The notes beneath the pieces are model-generated. The model was given only the letters and a program-made list of their open reading frames with translations, was not told the DNA's origin and ran no database searches. Shown piece after piece: positions 1-12,339 of a stretch of 64,000 nt of DNA (positions are counted from its first letter, which is position 1; each line of letters begins with the position of its first letter). Origin of the DNA: the human T2T-CHM13v2.0 reference genome, Homo sapiens; assembly GCF_009914755.1 (NCBI RefSeq), contig NC_060947.1, one strand, 5' to 3'. Both the position numbers and the translations under genes were made by a program.

Positions 1-404
1 TATTGTACGTATGAAAAATACAGGGTATCATTGATTAAGACATATTTTAAACTACCTTCCAAACAGTTTAGAGTTGATTGTATCTAAGCTAATATTTGAG
101 CTGGGCCTTCAGCATTGGTGTAAGATTTAATGAAGAAGACTATACATGGTATAGACAAAAGCACAGGGATAAAAATATTCCAAATGAGTTTGGAAATTAG
201 CTTGAATGGAGTGAGTTTTCACAAAGAAGGAAATGGAATCAGATTGAAAGGGTAGATGAGGAAAGGTGATGCCATTATTTTATAGATTCAGACCAAAATA
301 TACATATTTTGCCTGAAGTTACTGGAAGATTGATTGCGGCAGAGTAGAGTTTCATGAGATGAGGACCCTGTTAATAAATAAAGTTTAAGCAGTCTGAGGA
401 TTAG

Positions 405-785
<381 letters not shown>

Positions 786-1279
786 CATTTGTGTTAACAT
801 TAAACAATCGTTATGAGAATGTTCACAATAGCTGGCCTTTATTGAGAGTGTCAACAAAATTGGCCCTAAAATCGTTTTTTGTTTTTTTTTTTCCTCACCC
901 ACTGCAGTGGCACAGAGACCCTAAGGAACACTCCCTCCTAATGCGGGTACCATTGATCCGCAAATTCTCTCTGGGCTCCACCTTCTGTGTTCATCCTTTC
1001 AAACTGTCCAGTCCATCCTGTCTGTCTCCATTTCCAGGATGTTTACTGCTAGAGCTTTTCTAACCACTTTGTCCCTTGGAATGATGCTTTGGATTAGTTC
1101 CTAAGTCTCCAACCTGGCTTCACCTGAGGTACTATATTGTGCTTTTTCCCCTTGCGTTCAGAAATGAGAGTCAACCCCACTTCTGCCTTAGCCTCCAGTT
1201 CCTACTGCCAGCCCATACAGAGCCCCAGTTCTCCTCTTTACTGGAGTGGGGCGTTCAAACACTGACTCTTCCCTTACTT

Positions 1280-1490
1280 AATGTTAGGCCTCCTGCTAGG
1301 TGCTTTAAGCAAGTAATTGTTATTAACATTCACAACAGTTATGTCATGTCAATTTAATTATTTCCATCTTCCAGGTGAGAAAATTAGGTTAAGTTAAATG
1401 TTTTAACCATGTGTCCAGTCACACGGCAAGTAAACTGGATTCCAAATGAAGTCTGCCACACTCCATAGCCTGAACTCTTTCCAACTCATC
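1280..1490 (-). mobile_element. MIR SINE fragment
   Basis: Degenerate MIR core (ccatcttccaggtgagaaaattagg...cagtcacacggcaagtaa...ctccatagcctgaactctt). Confidence 0.6.
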
Positions 1491-2888
1491 ACATTACCTT
1501 TACCTTGGGGGTTTTCTTTACCATGCACACTGTTTGGATTTTAAAGATATTGATCATGTAGTGTTGGTTGCAGGAAAAACCACTTCAATCACTTCAACTA
1601 CTTATCTTGGAATATTATCTTCAGTCAGCTCATCATTTAGTTGCTCTTTTCTGGCCATAATACACAGTGAACTGTATATCCATTTGATCCCCTATGACTA
1701 TATACCTATATGAAGATATAGATATAGTTGGCTCTATTTATCATTCCCCTGAAACATACTATTGATTTGTTGAAAATAACTAATAATACTTTTAACAATT
1801 GCACTCATTAATAATGTGGCGTAGCTAAAGCACATTATTAGGATGGTAATTTGGGTCTATGGGTAAATAGAGAATATTCTAATGTTAGCATCATTTTCTT
1901 TAAATTTACCTTGGTTGCTGTGCTTTGAAATCAATGAGAAGAGAAACAAACAAATAACATATATGGTGTTGCACAGCATTAAAGACAAAATGTGCTATAA
2001 ACAAAGACTGCATATTTTAAAACAGGGTGAAGGAGCAATTTTCTTTAAAAGCCAATAATTCGCTACTAACTACTAAGGGAAGAAGCTGTTCCTTTGTTGG
2101 CCCGTCTTCATTGCCAATCTATTTTTCTAAAACTGCAAGTACTTACATAAAATTAAATACAAAGGAGTTCAAGAACATCTTTGGATTTCAAATTCAAAAG
2201 ATAGCTCATTATATGTATAATGATTTTGTCCTACAAGGTCACCTAGTAATTTTTTTTTCATTTTAATTAAAAAGCAAGACTATTGAGGGGCCTATACTAG
2301 GGCAAAGTCTCTTTGGATATGTTGCCATAACTCAAAGCACACATAACGGCCTGCTTCAGTATGTCAGGGAAAGAGGCCACCTGAGAAAGGCAGAGTGAAT
2401 GCATATTTCAGAATACTCCTAATATGCAGAGGAAAAAAGAGGAAAAAAGGAAAAAAATCAGTCTCACCCAACAAAGGCTAAAAGCTAGACTTTCTCTAGC
2501 TTGTAAGACAGGACCAAGGGTTTCGCACTTAATTTTGCTTGACAATATTTTTATGAGAGAAGTCCAAATCAAAACAATGGAATGAAATGGTTAAGAGAAA
2601 GAAAATAGCATTGTAGTTCATCTTGATTATTGTCGACTATACGAAACAAGGTTCTTCTCTGAAGAAGGCATTTTATGAGTGGCATATTTATTTAAAAGTG
2701 CACTTGATACAGAAAGCTGACTATATCAAGCATTGTTTGAAGGGCAGAGCACCAATTTTAAATCTAATTTAAAACCACCGGATTTGGTTCGATGTTATTA
2801 AAGGTTACAAAATGTGATTTATAAATAGTTCATGATTCATGTCCTTAGGTTAGTTTTTGATTTGTTTATTTTTGCTACTGTTTTACAG

Positions 2889-2990
2889 CGCTAGCATATG
2901 ACTGCTAAAATTCTGTTTTTATATGTTATAAAATAAATTTGCATAATAAGAAAGCTTATCACAGGAGAAAACCAATGGTTAGACTACTAA
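2889..2990 (+). pseudogene. candidate decayed exon (plus-strand cluster)
   Basis: Strong acceptor tttttgctactgttttacag|, donor taa|gtaagt, 102 bp, in a repeat-free island. Best frame has 1 stop. Phase link to the next candidate exon is unresolved. Confidence 0.35.
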
Positions 2991-3099
2991 GTAAGTGCAC
3001 TTGATGTTTTTTATTACCATTGTTTTAATCAGAAGTAAACCTCACTGGAATGCAATTCACTTGTAATTTACTGAGTTTTTTGGATGACTACAAGTGAGG

Positions 3100-3185
3100 A
3101 AGCTTACTAACTTGCTGTGTGACCTTGCAAAATTTGCATAAGTTACTTAACCTCTATAGGCTTCAGTTTTCTCTTCTGTGAAGTA
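3100..3185 (+). mobile_element. MIR fragment
   Basis: gctgtgtgaccttg...aagttacttaacctctataggcttcagttttctcttctgt matches the MIR core. Confidence 0.7.
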
Positions 3186-3534
3186 CAAAACATCCTTAAC
3201 ACATGATCTCTAATGACCCTTGCAGCTATAATACTCTATGAATTTCTTTAGTGGTAAGTATAAAATATTAACTCAGAACATCTCTAGATAGTGGTAGATA
3301 AAGCACGGTTCATTCAGCCATGTTCAAAAAAATCTACAATTATTTATTACCACCTCACACATTTATGCTTCCTCCTTCAATTAAAATGTTATATATTAAG
3401 AAAGAGAAAATGTTTATACAATAAACTACAAGATAAAGGAACACATATGTTAAGGTTACTGTTAAGGAGCTATAAGATGGTAGAATGCAGAAATATGACT
3501 CTGCCGAGGATGATATTCAGTAAAGATTATGTGA

Positions 3535-3810
3535 ACAGAAAAATACAAAGTTATAGTTAGACAGAACGAATGAGTTCTGGTCTTCTACTAACAATGTACT
3601 CTGTATTTCAAGATAGCTAGAAGAGAAGATTTTGAATGTTGTCACCCCCCCCCCCGCCAAAAATGATGAATATTTAAAATGATGGATACAATAATTACCC
3701 TGACTTGCTCATTACACAGTGTATATATGCATTGAAACATCACACTGTATCCCATAAATATATACTATTATTATGTGTTAATTATAAATAAAAAATTATT
3801 GATGAAGAAA
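3535..3810 (+). mobile_element. L1MA-type 3' end fragment
   Basis: atagctagaagagaagattttgaatgtt...aattaccctgacttgctcattacac...catcacactgtatcccataaat is a typical L1MA 3' UTR. Confidence 0.8.
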
Positions 3811-3929
3811 AAGATATGTAGAGAAAGTTGCACACAGTGCTCTCTCCAAGAACAGAAGCTTTGTTTAATATAAGGAATGTAAAGGCAATGACACGGGTGA
3901 GATGCTGCCTATAAATAAAATGCTGCTAC

Positions 3930-4500
3930 AGGTATGGAGAGGGTGAGGCTAAAGGCAGGCATTTCCTTCGGGAAGCAATTCCAGTAATCCAGGAAAAAGG
4001 TAAGAAGTGTTTGAACTAGGGTGCTGGTAGTAGGAAAGTAAAGAATAAGGCTGAAGTCATGGATATTTGGAAAAAAGAAGGGATGAGTTTTGGTGGAACA
4101 ATAAAAAAAGATGATAGACGGACAAAGAGGAATAAAGAAAGTCTTGTGAGATTTGGAAACTGAGAGTAACCTTAAAGAACAAAGAAACACATGTATTAAG
4201 GGTACTGATAAGGAGCTATAAGAAGGTAGAATGAAGAAATATTCTGCCAAGGATCATGCAGTGAAGACAGAGACATCAAGAAAAGGATCTGAAATTGGCA
4301 CAGCAAAAAAAAAAAAAAAGAAAAAAAGAAAAAAAATTGTTTGTACGCATGATGCAGGAAAGTTCTGTCCAGGTTTTCAGTCAGATAGAAATGTCCAATA
4401 GGCAATTAGAAATGAGAAACACTTCACTCTGGAATCCATGACACAGAAGTGATCATTGAAGGCTTGAAAACAAATGATAATCATAAAGGATAGGGTAGCA
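3930..4500 (-). mobile_element. L2 fragment(s)
   Basis: Purine-rich L2-like motifs (cagtaatccagg...ttgaactagggtg...gaaatgtccaataggcaattagaaat). Confidence 0.55.
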
Positions 4501-4588
4501 GGAGAAAATATCAGAGGCATGAGGCCATAAATAGATGATATATCTTGGAGTAGTGTGATACTTAACTATTACCAGGTATGCATGTATA

Positions 4589-5113
4589 CAAATGGCCCCG
4601 ACTTACTATGGTTAAACTTGTGATTTTTTTTTTCCTTTGCTGTAGTGTGAATGTGACACAAATTCAGTAGAAGCTGTACTTGGAAGTTAGAAGTTTGATC
4701 TTTTCCCAGGCGAGCCATATGTGGTGTGATGCTCCCTTGCTACGCTGGGCCGCACAGAGAGCCACGGCTCCCAGTCAGCTATGAGATCAGGAGGGTAAAC
4801 AATCTGTATGCTGCAGTGTATTGTGTTGCCAGCCTCTTTTGAATACTGTGTCTTGTGTTTTTGCATCCCATCATGTCCATAAAATGCCCATCTGTGTACA
4901 GTTTTCAACACTTTATTACAAAATAGGCTTTGTGTTAGATGATTTTGCCCAACTATAAGATAATGTAAGTGTTCTGAGCACATTTAAGGTAGGCTAGGCT
5001 AAGCTATGATGCTTGGTAGGTCAGGTATTTTAACTGCGTTTTTGACTTACGATATTTTCAACATATGATGGGGTTATCAGAATGTAACTCCACTGTAAGC
5101 TGAGGAGCATCTA
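4589..5113 (-). mobile_element. Tigger5/MER47-family DNA transposon
   Basis: Terminal inverted repeats caaatggccccgacttac / gtaagctgaggagcatct, TA on the left, and internal aggtaggctaggctaagctatgatg typical of MER47/Tigger5. Confidence 0.8.
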
Positions 5114-5202
5114 CAGTCTCCTTCATGACTGGTGATAGATAAATCACATGTTTGTGTTTTAGACAACCTAGATTACCCAGTTAGATAGATAACAAATGGA
5201 AT

Positions 5203-5652
5203 TATAAACCCCAAAATCTCAGACAGGTCTCAGCTAATTTAGAAAGCTTATTTTGCCAAAAGTTGAGGACGCATCTCCATGACACAGTCCCAGGAAGTCC
5301 TGACGACATGTTCCCAAGGTGGTCGGGGGACAGCTTGGTTTTATACATATTAGGGAGACATGAGACATCAATCAATATATGTAAGAAGTACATTGGTTGC
5401 ATCCAGAAAGTTGGGGACACCTGGAAGCAGAGAGGGGGCTTCCAGGTCACAGGTAGGTGAGAGACAAACGGTTTCATTCTTTGGAGTTTCTGATAAGCCT
5501 TTCCAAAGGAGGCAATCAGATATGCATTTATCTCAGTGAGCAGAGAGATGACTTTGAATAGGATGGGAGGCAGGTTTGCCCTGAGCAGTTTCCAGCTTGA
5601 ATTTTCTGTTTAGTTTAGTGACTCTGGGGGCCCAAGGTAGTTTTCTTTCACA
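5203..5652 (-). mobile_element. solo LTR, MER4A-like (ERV1)
   Basis: aaaatctcagacaggtctcag...cctgacgacatgttcccaaggtggtcgggg...ttttctttcaca. 4-bp TSD gaat at 5199-5202 and 5653-5656. Confidence 0.85.
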
Positions 5653-5951
5653 GAATCTAAATATGAATGTGATAAAAGGAATTTGATCCTTTCATTTTCT
5701 CCAATGTTTTGAGGTAGAAATAAGAAGCCTCAACAATAATGATAAATTATTGTAATTTGTAATGTTAGTGTTCATTTACTGAAGTTCGGTCTGTGCCAGC
5801 ACAGTCCTTTAGGAAAATCAGATAAATAATGGTTGTCATAAAGGAGTTTATTTTCTAACTCTGAGGAAGGGCAGAGTGACCTCTCAGCAGAACTAAAACC
5901 AGAATGTTTTCTTTTGCTCCTTTACTAAATATTTGCCCGTCAAAGTTTTAG

Positions 5952-6015
5952 CCTGTTCATGGGCAAAAAGAAGCAGAAACTTGAACCAGGGATTGTATCT
6001 TCAGGAATTTTGAAT
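5952..6015 (+). pseudogene. candidate decayed exon (plus-strand cluster)
   Basis: Pyrimidine tract about 5906-5925, ttttag| acceptor (alternative AG at 5944-45), donor aat|gtaagt. Open frame LFMGKKKQKLEPGIVSSGILN ends in phase 0. Confidence 0.4.
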
Positions 6016-6204
6016 GTAAGTAGGCATGACTATAATGAAAATGTTCAGTCTGAAAGGGTCCAGCAGATTGGGTGTTCTTTTGTTGACTTTTTTTTTATTA
6101 TGAAGTATACATTTATTAATTTTATAATAAAACAATGAAAAATTATTTATAGACATCTAGTTCTCTAAATTTAGAGTAGGACTAATTCTATGTTTTATTT
6201 TAAA

Positions 6205-6310
6205 TTGTTTTTTTAATTATGCTTTAAGTTTTAGGGTACATGTGCACAACGTGCAGGTTTGTTACATATGTATACATGTGCCCTGTTGGTGTGCTGCACC
6301 CATTAACTCG
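6205..6310 (-). mobile_element. short 5'-truncated young L1PA (about L1PA3-5) 3' end
   Basis: ttaagttttagggtacatgtgcacaacgtgcaggtttgttacatatgtatacatgtgcc...cccattaactcg plus a T tail. Confidence 0.85.
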
Positions 6311-6428
6311 GTTGAGGTAAAAGTAGAAGGCTACATTTTAGTGGGTGTCTTTGTTACCCAAAGAACCAATTTAATTCCAACCACATACCTAAGCCACCCC
6401 ATGACACTTCTCACAATTTTCTGAACAG

Positions 6429-6569
6429 AATCAATGTAATAGAAAATGTATTCACAAACTCCATATTGCACTATTATTGGAAAACAAAGCAAAAGTAGCT
6501 TAAAATGTATTGTCTTGGTTGAAGAAACAAGAAATAATTAAACATTGGAGATTTCAGCCTATGAATAAG
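6429..6569 (+). pseudogene. candidate decayed exon (plus-strand cluster)
   Basis: ttttctgaacag| acceptor, consensus donor aag|gtgagt. 141 bp, phase 0-0: NQCNRKCIHKLHIALLLENKAKVA*NVLSWLKKQEIIKHWRFQPMNK with a single TAA at 6501-6503. Confidence 0.5.
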
Positions 6570-7480
6570 GTGAGTGCATAAAAATATCCCCAGGAAATTC
6601 ATGTTGCTTTCAAAGAATATTGAAATATTAAATCCACCCCAACATCTGGGAGATAAATTCTCTTTATGTGTGTGTGTGTATTTTTCTTTAATGAAGCCAA
6701 GTTTATATTTTTGTCTTCATAAACAAACAGGTAAAGAATTCGATGAAGTGACTGTAGCCCACAAAACAAAAACACAAATCATTTTCTGTATTTTTTCTCA
6801 TTTTGGCAATAAAATAATGTTGATAGATTTCCTTTAAAAATACAGTCATATTAGTTCTACACTGAAACTTGGACTGTATGAATACAAAACTGTTACTTTA
6901 TATTCAAATCTAGTCCAATTATAAGATTGTGCAATCTTGCTGTAAATCTTGGTTTCTTGTCTTCAAGATAAATGTTGATTTAAAGATTATAGCAGAAAAT
7001 TAAACTAAAATTATTCATGAAATTTGCCTATAACTTTTATGTTTATCTAAGGACAGCTGCTAAAATAAGCCCCTTTCAGTTATCCCCAACTCCCCATAAT
7101 TGTTTAAACTCCCGCCTGTGTTTTAATGCCTGTGTGTCAAAAGGGTTGCTAAAGAAGAAAAAAAGAAAATATTGAATTTGGAGAATTTGACTTTAGTATT
7201 TGAAGTTTCTAGATTTACTGCATTGTTTTTATTACCATTTGCATCAATTGATAGTTGCAAAAGGATGCTTTTTCTTAGAAATTGACTTACTTTATTGATG
7301 TCATTGTTGCTATATGATTCACTTTGATTAGGATTAAACCTGTTTTTCCCCAATGTCTTTCTAAAAATATCCTTACAATGAATTCCTTCTCCTAATATAA
7401 GTGACCCGATTACATTTGATTCTTGGTGCATGTGGGTGGGAGATGGAAGGGTCCAGTATACTACTAATATGCTTTTGTAG

Positions 7481-7688
7481 GCTCCAGTGAAACCTGAATC
7501 TCCTTCAGTGTCTATCACCAGTCTTTTATCCCATAATCTCTTGGGCAAAAAGGAAAACCCATCTCTTCTCTCTGCTTCAGAAACACAGAAAGCCAGCATG
7601 ACTCCCATTGCAAAGATACATACACTGCATGGATATAAGAAATGATTGAAACCAGCCTGTTGACAAGAGCTTGAAATTGCGATATATA
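7481..7688 (+). pseudogene. candidate decayed exon (plus-strand cluster)
   Basis: Branch-like tactaat followed by gcttttgtag| acceptor. APVKPESPSVSITSLLSHNLLGKKENPSLLSASETQKASMTPIAKIHTLHGYKK*LKPAC*QELEIAIY (TGA at 7643 and 7661). Weak donor ata|gtagga, phase 0-1. Confidence 0.45.
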
Positions 7689-7789
7689 GTAGGACAACAT
7701 TAGTAGCTGTTAACCTATCATCTACCTGTCTATCACCTATCTTTCTATTTATCTATCAACTTACTTACCTATCTATAATTTTGCCATTG

Positions 7790-8475
7790 CTGAAGTCTTA
7801 ATTTAACTCCTCGTAATAACCTTTCCTCTGGGGTAATTTTTCAGTTATTCACCTTGCCTATATTCCCTCCCCATTAGAAACCATCCTGAATTCAACAGCA
7901 GTGGTAATTCCTTTAAACCATGACCCTGATCATGTCGTTCTTCCTGTTTAAAACCCTGCATTGAGTCCCCATTCAAGGGCCACCTCTATTAAACTTCTTG
8001 GCCTCCTCTTTGGTGCCTCCTTTTCCTATACCACGCCGCTCATCTCAGTGAACCATACTCCATGTTGCTTTCTTACCTCTATGCCTCTAGTCATTGCACC
8101 CTCTAAAGATGATCTTTTCTCCCATCACCTTATAAGTAAATCCTATTTGTTGTTCAGACTTTAGTGCAAATATCACATTCTTTTTCTCATTTCTTAAGAC
8201 TCCCCCACTCTCTTTCTACCTACTCTCTCAGTTGGAAGTATCTTTTCCCTCTTCTGAACACTTACAGCCTTTATGTAACTTTCTTTCACAGAACTAACCA
8301 TTTTCTACCTCTTTCTGTGTTGTAGGTAATATATTTACATATCTGAATGTCTTATTTGTTCCATTATTCTATTGTTATGTTAAGGAGACTACAGAATTAT
8401 GTTTATTTTTGTGCCCTTCACAATGCCTGCACATTGTATATAAATGCTCTACAGTTATTAAAAGAATAAATAACC
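7790..8475 (+). mobile_element. L2 fragment
   Basis: Pyrimidine-rich L2 3' motifs (ctgatcatgtc...ctgtttaaaaccct...tcacaatgcctgcaca...aagaataaataa). Confidence 0.6.
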
Positions 8476-8769
8476 GCTGTTGCTAATATGCTTAAAGACA
8501 GAGTAAGAATCTCTATTTAAAACAAAATGAATTGTATTGCATCTTTATAATGAAAGACAGCATCACATAAATGGAAGAGCATAGAATGGAAAAAGATATG
8601 GGTTCATTACTAGCTCGACTATTTGCTGGAAATTTGGACTGGGGAAACCAGATTGTTTATTTCAATGACTGTCCGTTTTTACGGAGATTATTATTATCTA
8701 TCATCCAAAGTCATTGCAAGTATTAAATTATATAATTTATGTACATATAAACACAATAGCTAACACACT

Positions 8770-9830
8770 CCTGCTTGACCTGCTTGATATTTATTTTTTT
8801 CGCAGTACTTTGACAGTATTATCCCACTGTATCCTGGCTTCTATTGTTGCTATTAAAAGCTCTGCTGTCAGTCAGTTTTGGTTCCTTGCTAGATCATTTG
8901 CCTTTTTATTTCCCTCTAGGTACTTTTCACTTCCTTCCTTTGACTTTTATGTCTTCTCATTTCACTGACATATGTCTAGGTGCATATTGTTTTAAATTAA
9001 TTATATTGGAGTTATTCTGTGCCAATTCATTCTTTGGATTTATGTCTTTCATTTCTGGAAAACCCTATACCATTACTTATAATATTCATCTCCCAGTCTC
9101 TATTTTTCTACTATTCTCCTGGTTAGATATTTATTAGACACCTTATCCTCCATATTGCTTAATACAACATTAGTTTTTTATCTCTCTGAACTGCATTCTA
9201 TGAAATTTCTTCAGAACTATCTTTTATAAAAACAAATTCTTTTGTCCTGCTGTGCCTATTCTACTATTTAATCTGCTCATTTAATCACTATTCAAGAAAG
9301 TATATATTGGTTTTGTGTCTATAATTTTTATTCTGTTCCTTTTTATGCCTATAACTTCTACTGGATTTTAGACATTCATGGTCATTTTTAATAGTGTCCA
9401 ATGTTTGCCCATTTTTTTTTATCCTTTTATTTCTTTAACTATTTCCAGCAGACTTATTTAATACTCTACATCAGCTAATTCAAATATATAATTCCCTTGG
9501 GGCTTTAAATCTGGTGTTAATGTCCCTATGTTTATGCATCATATGTTGTTTGCTTATGTATTATGCAATCTTTGGTTATGTGTTTATATTACATGGATCA
9601 TAAAATGTGAGAACCCCAGGGAATAAAGTATAAACATTTTTTTTCCAGATAAAATGTTGTGCTTGTTTCTACTTGGGGACTACAGTTTCTGCTGATCTGG
9701 AATCACACTAGTCTCTGTGAAGTTTCCCCGCTGTGTGAGACACTTAGGATCAATTCTGCCGTCTTGACACTGGCCCAAGTCTTAGCTTCCTCCATGCAAT
9801 GCTGTTATCAGCATTTTTACTCAAGACAAC
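8770..9830 (-). mobile_element. old L1M(E) ORF1-region fragment
   Basis: cactgtatcctggcttctattgttgct...tctgctgtcagtc and downstream T-rich L1M ORF1 antisense pattern. Confidence 0.6.
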
Positions 9831-10246
9831 TCTGTTAGTCCATTTTGTCTGCTATAAAGGAATACCTTAGGCTGGGTAATTTGTAAAGAAAAAGGATTAT
9901 TTTGGTTCATTGTTCTATAGGCTGTACAAGAAGTATGACACCAGCATCTGCTTTTGATGAGGCTGCAGGATGCTTTTACACATGGCAGAAGGCAATGGCA
10001 GCCAGCATGCCACATGGTGAGACAGGAAGCAAGGTGGGGAGGGCAGTGCCATGCTATTTTAAACAAGCAGATCTCCTGTTAAGTAGTAGAGTGGGAACTC
10101 ACTCATTACCACGTGGGGAGGGCACCAAGCCGTTCATGAAGTGTCTGCCCCCATGACCCAAATACCTCCCACTAGGCCCCACCTCCAACACTGGAGATCA
10201 CATTTCAACATTAAATTTACAGAGGAAAAATATATAAATTATATCA
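9831..10246 (-). mobile_element. MST-family MaLR solo LTR
   Basis: ttagtccatttt...gctataaaggaatacctt...gggtaatttgtaaagaaaaa...ccccatgacccaaatacctcccactaggccccacctccaacac. Confidence 0.85.
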
Positions 10247-10889
10247 ATAGCCTACTTTATGGTACTTACTTGCTGCTAAACCCTCCACGTACTGAGCTCA
10301 ACTCATATACTTTTTGGTGGGAAAGAGACCCAGGAGAACTCTTTCACCTAAGAAATATAATGCATCAAGATAATAGTTTCATATAAAATTAGTGATTTTG
10401 CAGTGACAGAGACCTTCGGTGCCAACTTTCTGCCACACCTGAAGTGAAAGACTTCTGATATTATACACATCATTTATTGGTGTATATAATTGTGGACTTG
10501 TACTGTTTTTATATTTTTCTGTTGGGTTTTACATTTATATTTTCCTCCCTCCAGAGTTTTTTAGCTGACTTTGAACAAGAAACACATAGTCTACTTCATT
10601 TTATTCCCATAGTATCTGTAACATATTAGGTTCTCAATAATTACCTTTTAAATATATACAGAAAAATTCCATGCTCTTTAATTTATGTGAACAGAATATA
10701 TGACAAAATCTAAGGATGTAAATTATCTGATAAAAGCTGTGAAAGTAACAGACTCCTCAGATGTGAACTTATATATCTATTTAGAATAAGGGAATATAAA
10801 TCTTCCCCTTTTAGAAAATTCTGAGACTGTAACATTTATGCCTTCTTCCCCAACACTTTTACTTATTTGCCTTCACACCAAATCCCTAG

Positions 10890-10949
10890 ACAGAAAGAAG
10901 ATCAAAAACATCAATACTATTTTATGACATACTCTGAAAAATGAAACAG
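10890..10949 (+). pseudogene. candidate decayed exon (plus-strand cluster)
   Basis: ccctag| acceptor, consensus donor cag|gtaaga. 60 bp, phase 1-1: RKKIKNINTIL*HTLKNET (TGA at 10925). Confidence 0.45.
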
Positions 10950-11264
10950 GTAAGAAATATGGATAAAATACTAACTTATTTTAACTGTAGAATTTAAAAG
11001 GCTGTGTTTACTGAGACAATATCATATGTATTAATGTGACCTTAATGTGAATAAAAAACAATTCTACCATCTGAGTATTTGGTGATACAAAAATCAAAAT
11101 TATAAAAAAAAGGTTCTGAAGTAAAAGTGTTAATTAAAAGATCAAAGAAAAATGCATAGTCAATGCTTAATTATCTAAATACCAGTAACTCAAATCATGT
11201 GCTCCTTCTTTCTCTGTGGCTGCCTGTTGGCTACTTAGAAAACTCATTATGATCTTCATTACAG

Positions 11265-11353
11265 GACAGAAAGAGAAAATTAAAAGAATAAAAAGTCTAC
11301 GCTATCCATTCAGAGAGACTTTAACAGTTCTGATAAATAATAGAGAAAGATAA
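11265..11353 (+). pseudogene. candidate terminal coding exon (plus-strand cluster)
   Basis: atcttcattacag| acceptor. Phase-1 frame is open: GQKEKIKRIKSLRYPFRETLTVLINNRER, then TAA at 11351-11353. Confidence 0.4.
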
Positions 11354-12291
11354 AATTGAAACTTTAGTTTCAAAGGAGGCTAGTAAATCATATATATTTG
11401 TTCCCTTTGTTCATTGACCCTATCCCCATTAATAATTCAAAATTAGTAGTACATATAGCACCTACACCTGTGCCGACTCATCTAGGTTATGTCTGAGAGT
11501 CAAAAATGCAGAAAGAAGGATTTCTGGCTGGGTAGTTCTGACATTATTCACCTCTCCTGGCCAAAGCCCTGAAATGAATCTTTATTTTCAATCTGCAATT
11601 TAAATATTGCCTAAATGGTTCTGTCAACAGGCTCTGTCCAAAGGACGAAAAAGAATTGGCAGTAATATAAAGGATATGATTATTGAATTCTGCCCCAAAT
11701 CCTTCTCACATTAGCCTTCTATAGCAACTAAAATTGGCAAAATTATGCTTAAAAGAGGACAGGCCTTATCTATTGGGATACAAGTACCATTAACCCAGGA
11801 CGAGCAAATAATCTGTCAGATTACTTAGCTGTTATGGTGAAAGGCAGAAACCAGGGCGTTTATGAAAGCAGACATAGTGAATAGGAAAAGTCTCCAGCCT
11901 TTGAAAAAAATATAGATGTACTTATTTCAGAAGGGCATGTTTTCAAAGAAAACTTCCTCGGTTTTAGCTTCTCATGGCCAGTCTGTCAGTGTACTGTAAG
12001 AATTACTTCCTAACATTGCAATACCAGGCCGTAGTTCAATGAGTACAGTGATTAGAATTCCTGACATCAAAATATTAATTATTTAGAATACATACAGAAT
12101 TTATTTATAGACTCATTTTTTTAAAAAATTACAATATACATTTTTATGTATTGTAACAGTTCAAGAAAGTTGCTTCTATGCATTTCCTAATACCACTTAA
12201 ATTTTGTAGATGCTTTGATTTCAACACAATCCTGAGCACATTATGATTGAAGCAAGCAAATAGCCATGTACTCAGGCTTGTGAAAGGTGCT

Positions 12292-12294
<3 letters not shown>

Positions 12295-12332
<38 letters not shown>
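12295..12332. repeat. (TA)n microsatellite, about 19 units
   Basis: Uninterrupted atat run. Confidence 0.97.
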
Positions 12333-12335
<3 letters not shown>

Positions 12336-12339
12336 AATA

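Noticed and set aside
908-1128. Strong plus acceptor (ttttcctcacccactgcag|) and ORF 791-1063
   Set aside because: Only weak donors follow (gtacca, gtacta), so it cannot be tied to the exon chain.
2147-2418. Minus-strand acceptor/donor pair
   Set aside because: No coding signature or partner exon; splice-like motifs are common in AT-rich DNA.
2780-2795. ggttcga B-box-like motif
   Set aside because: No A-box or cloverleaf; not a tRNA.
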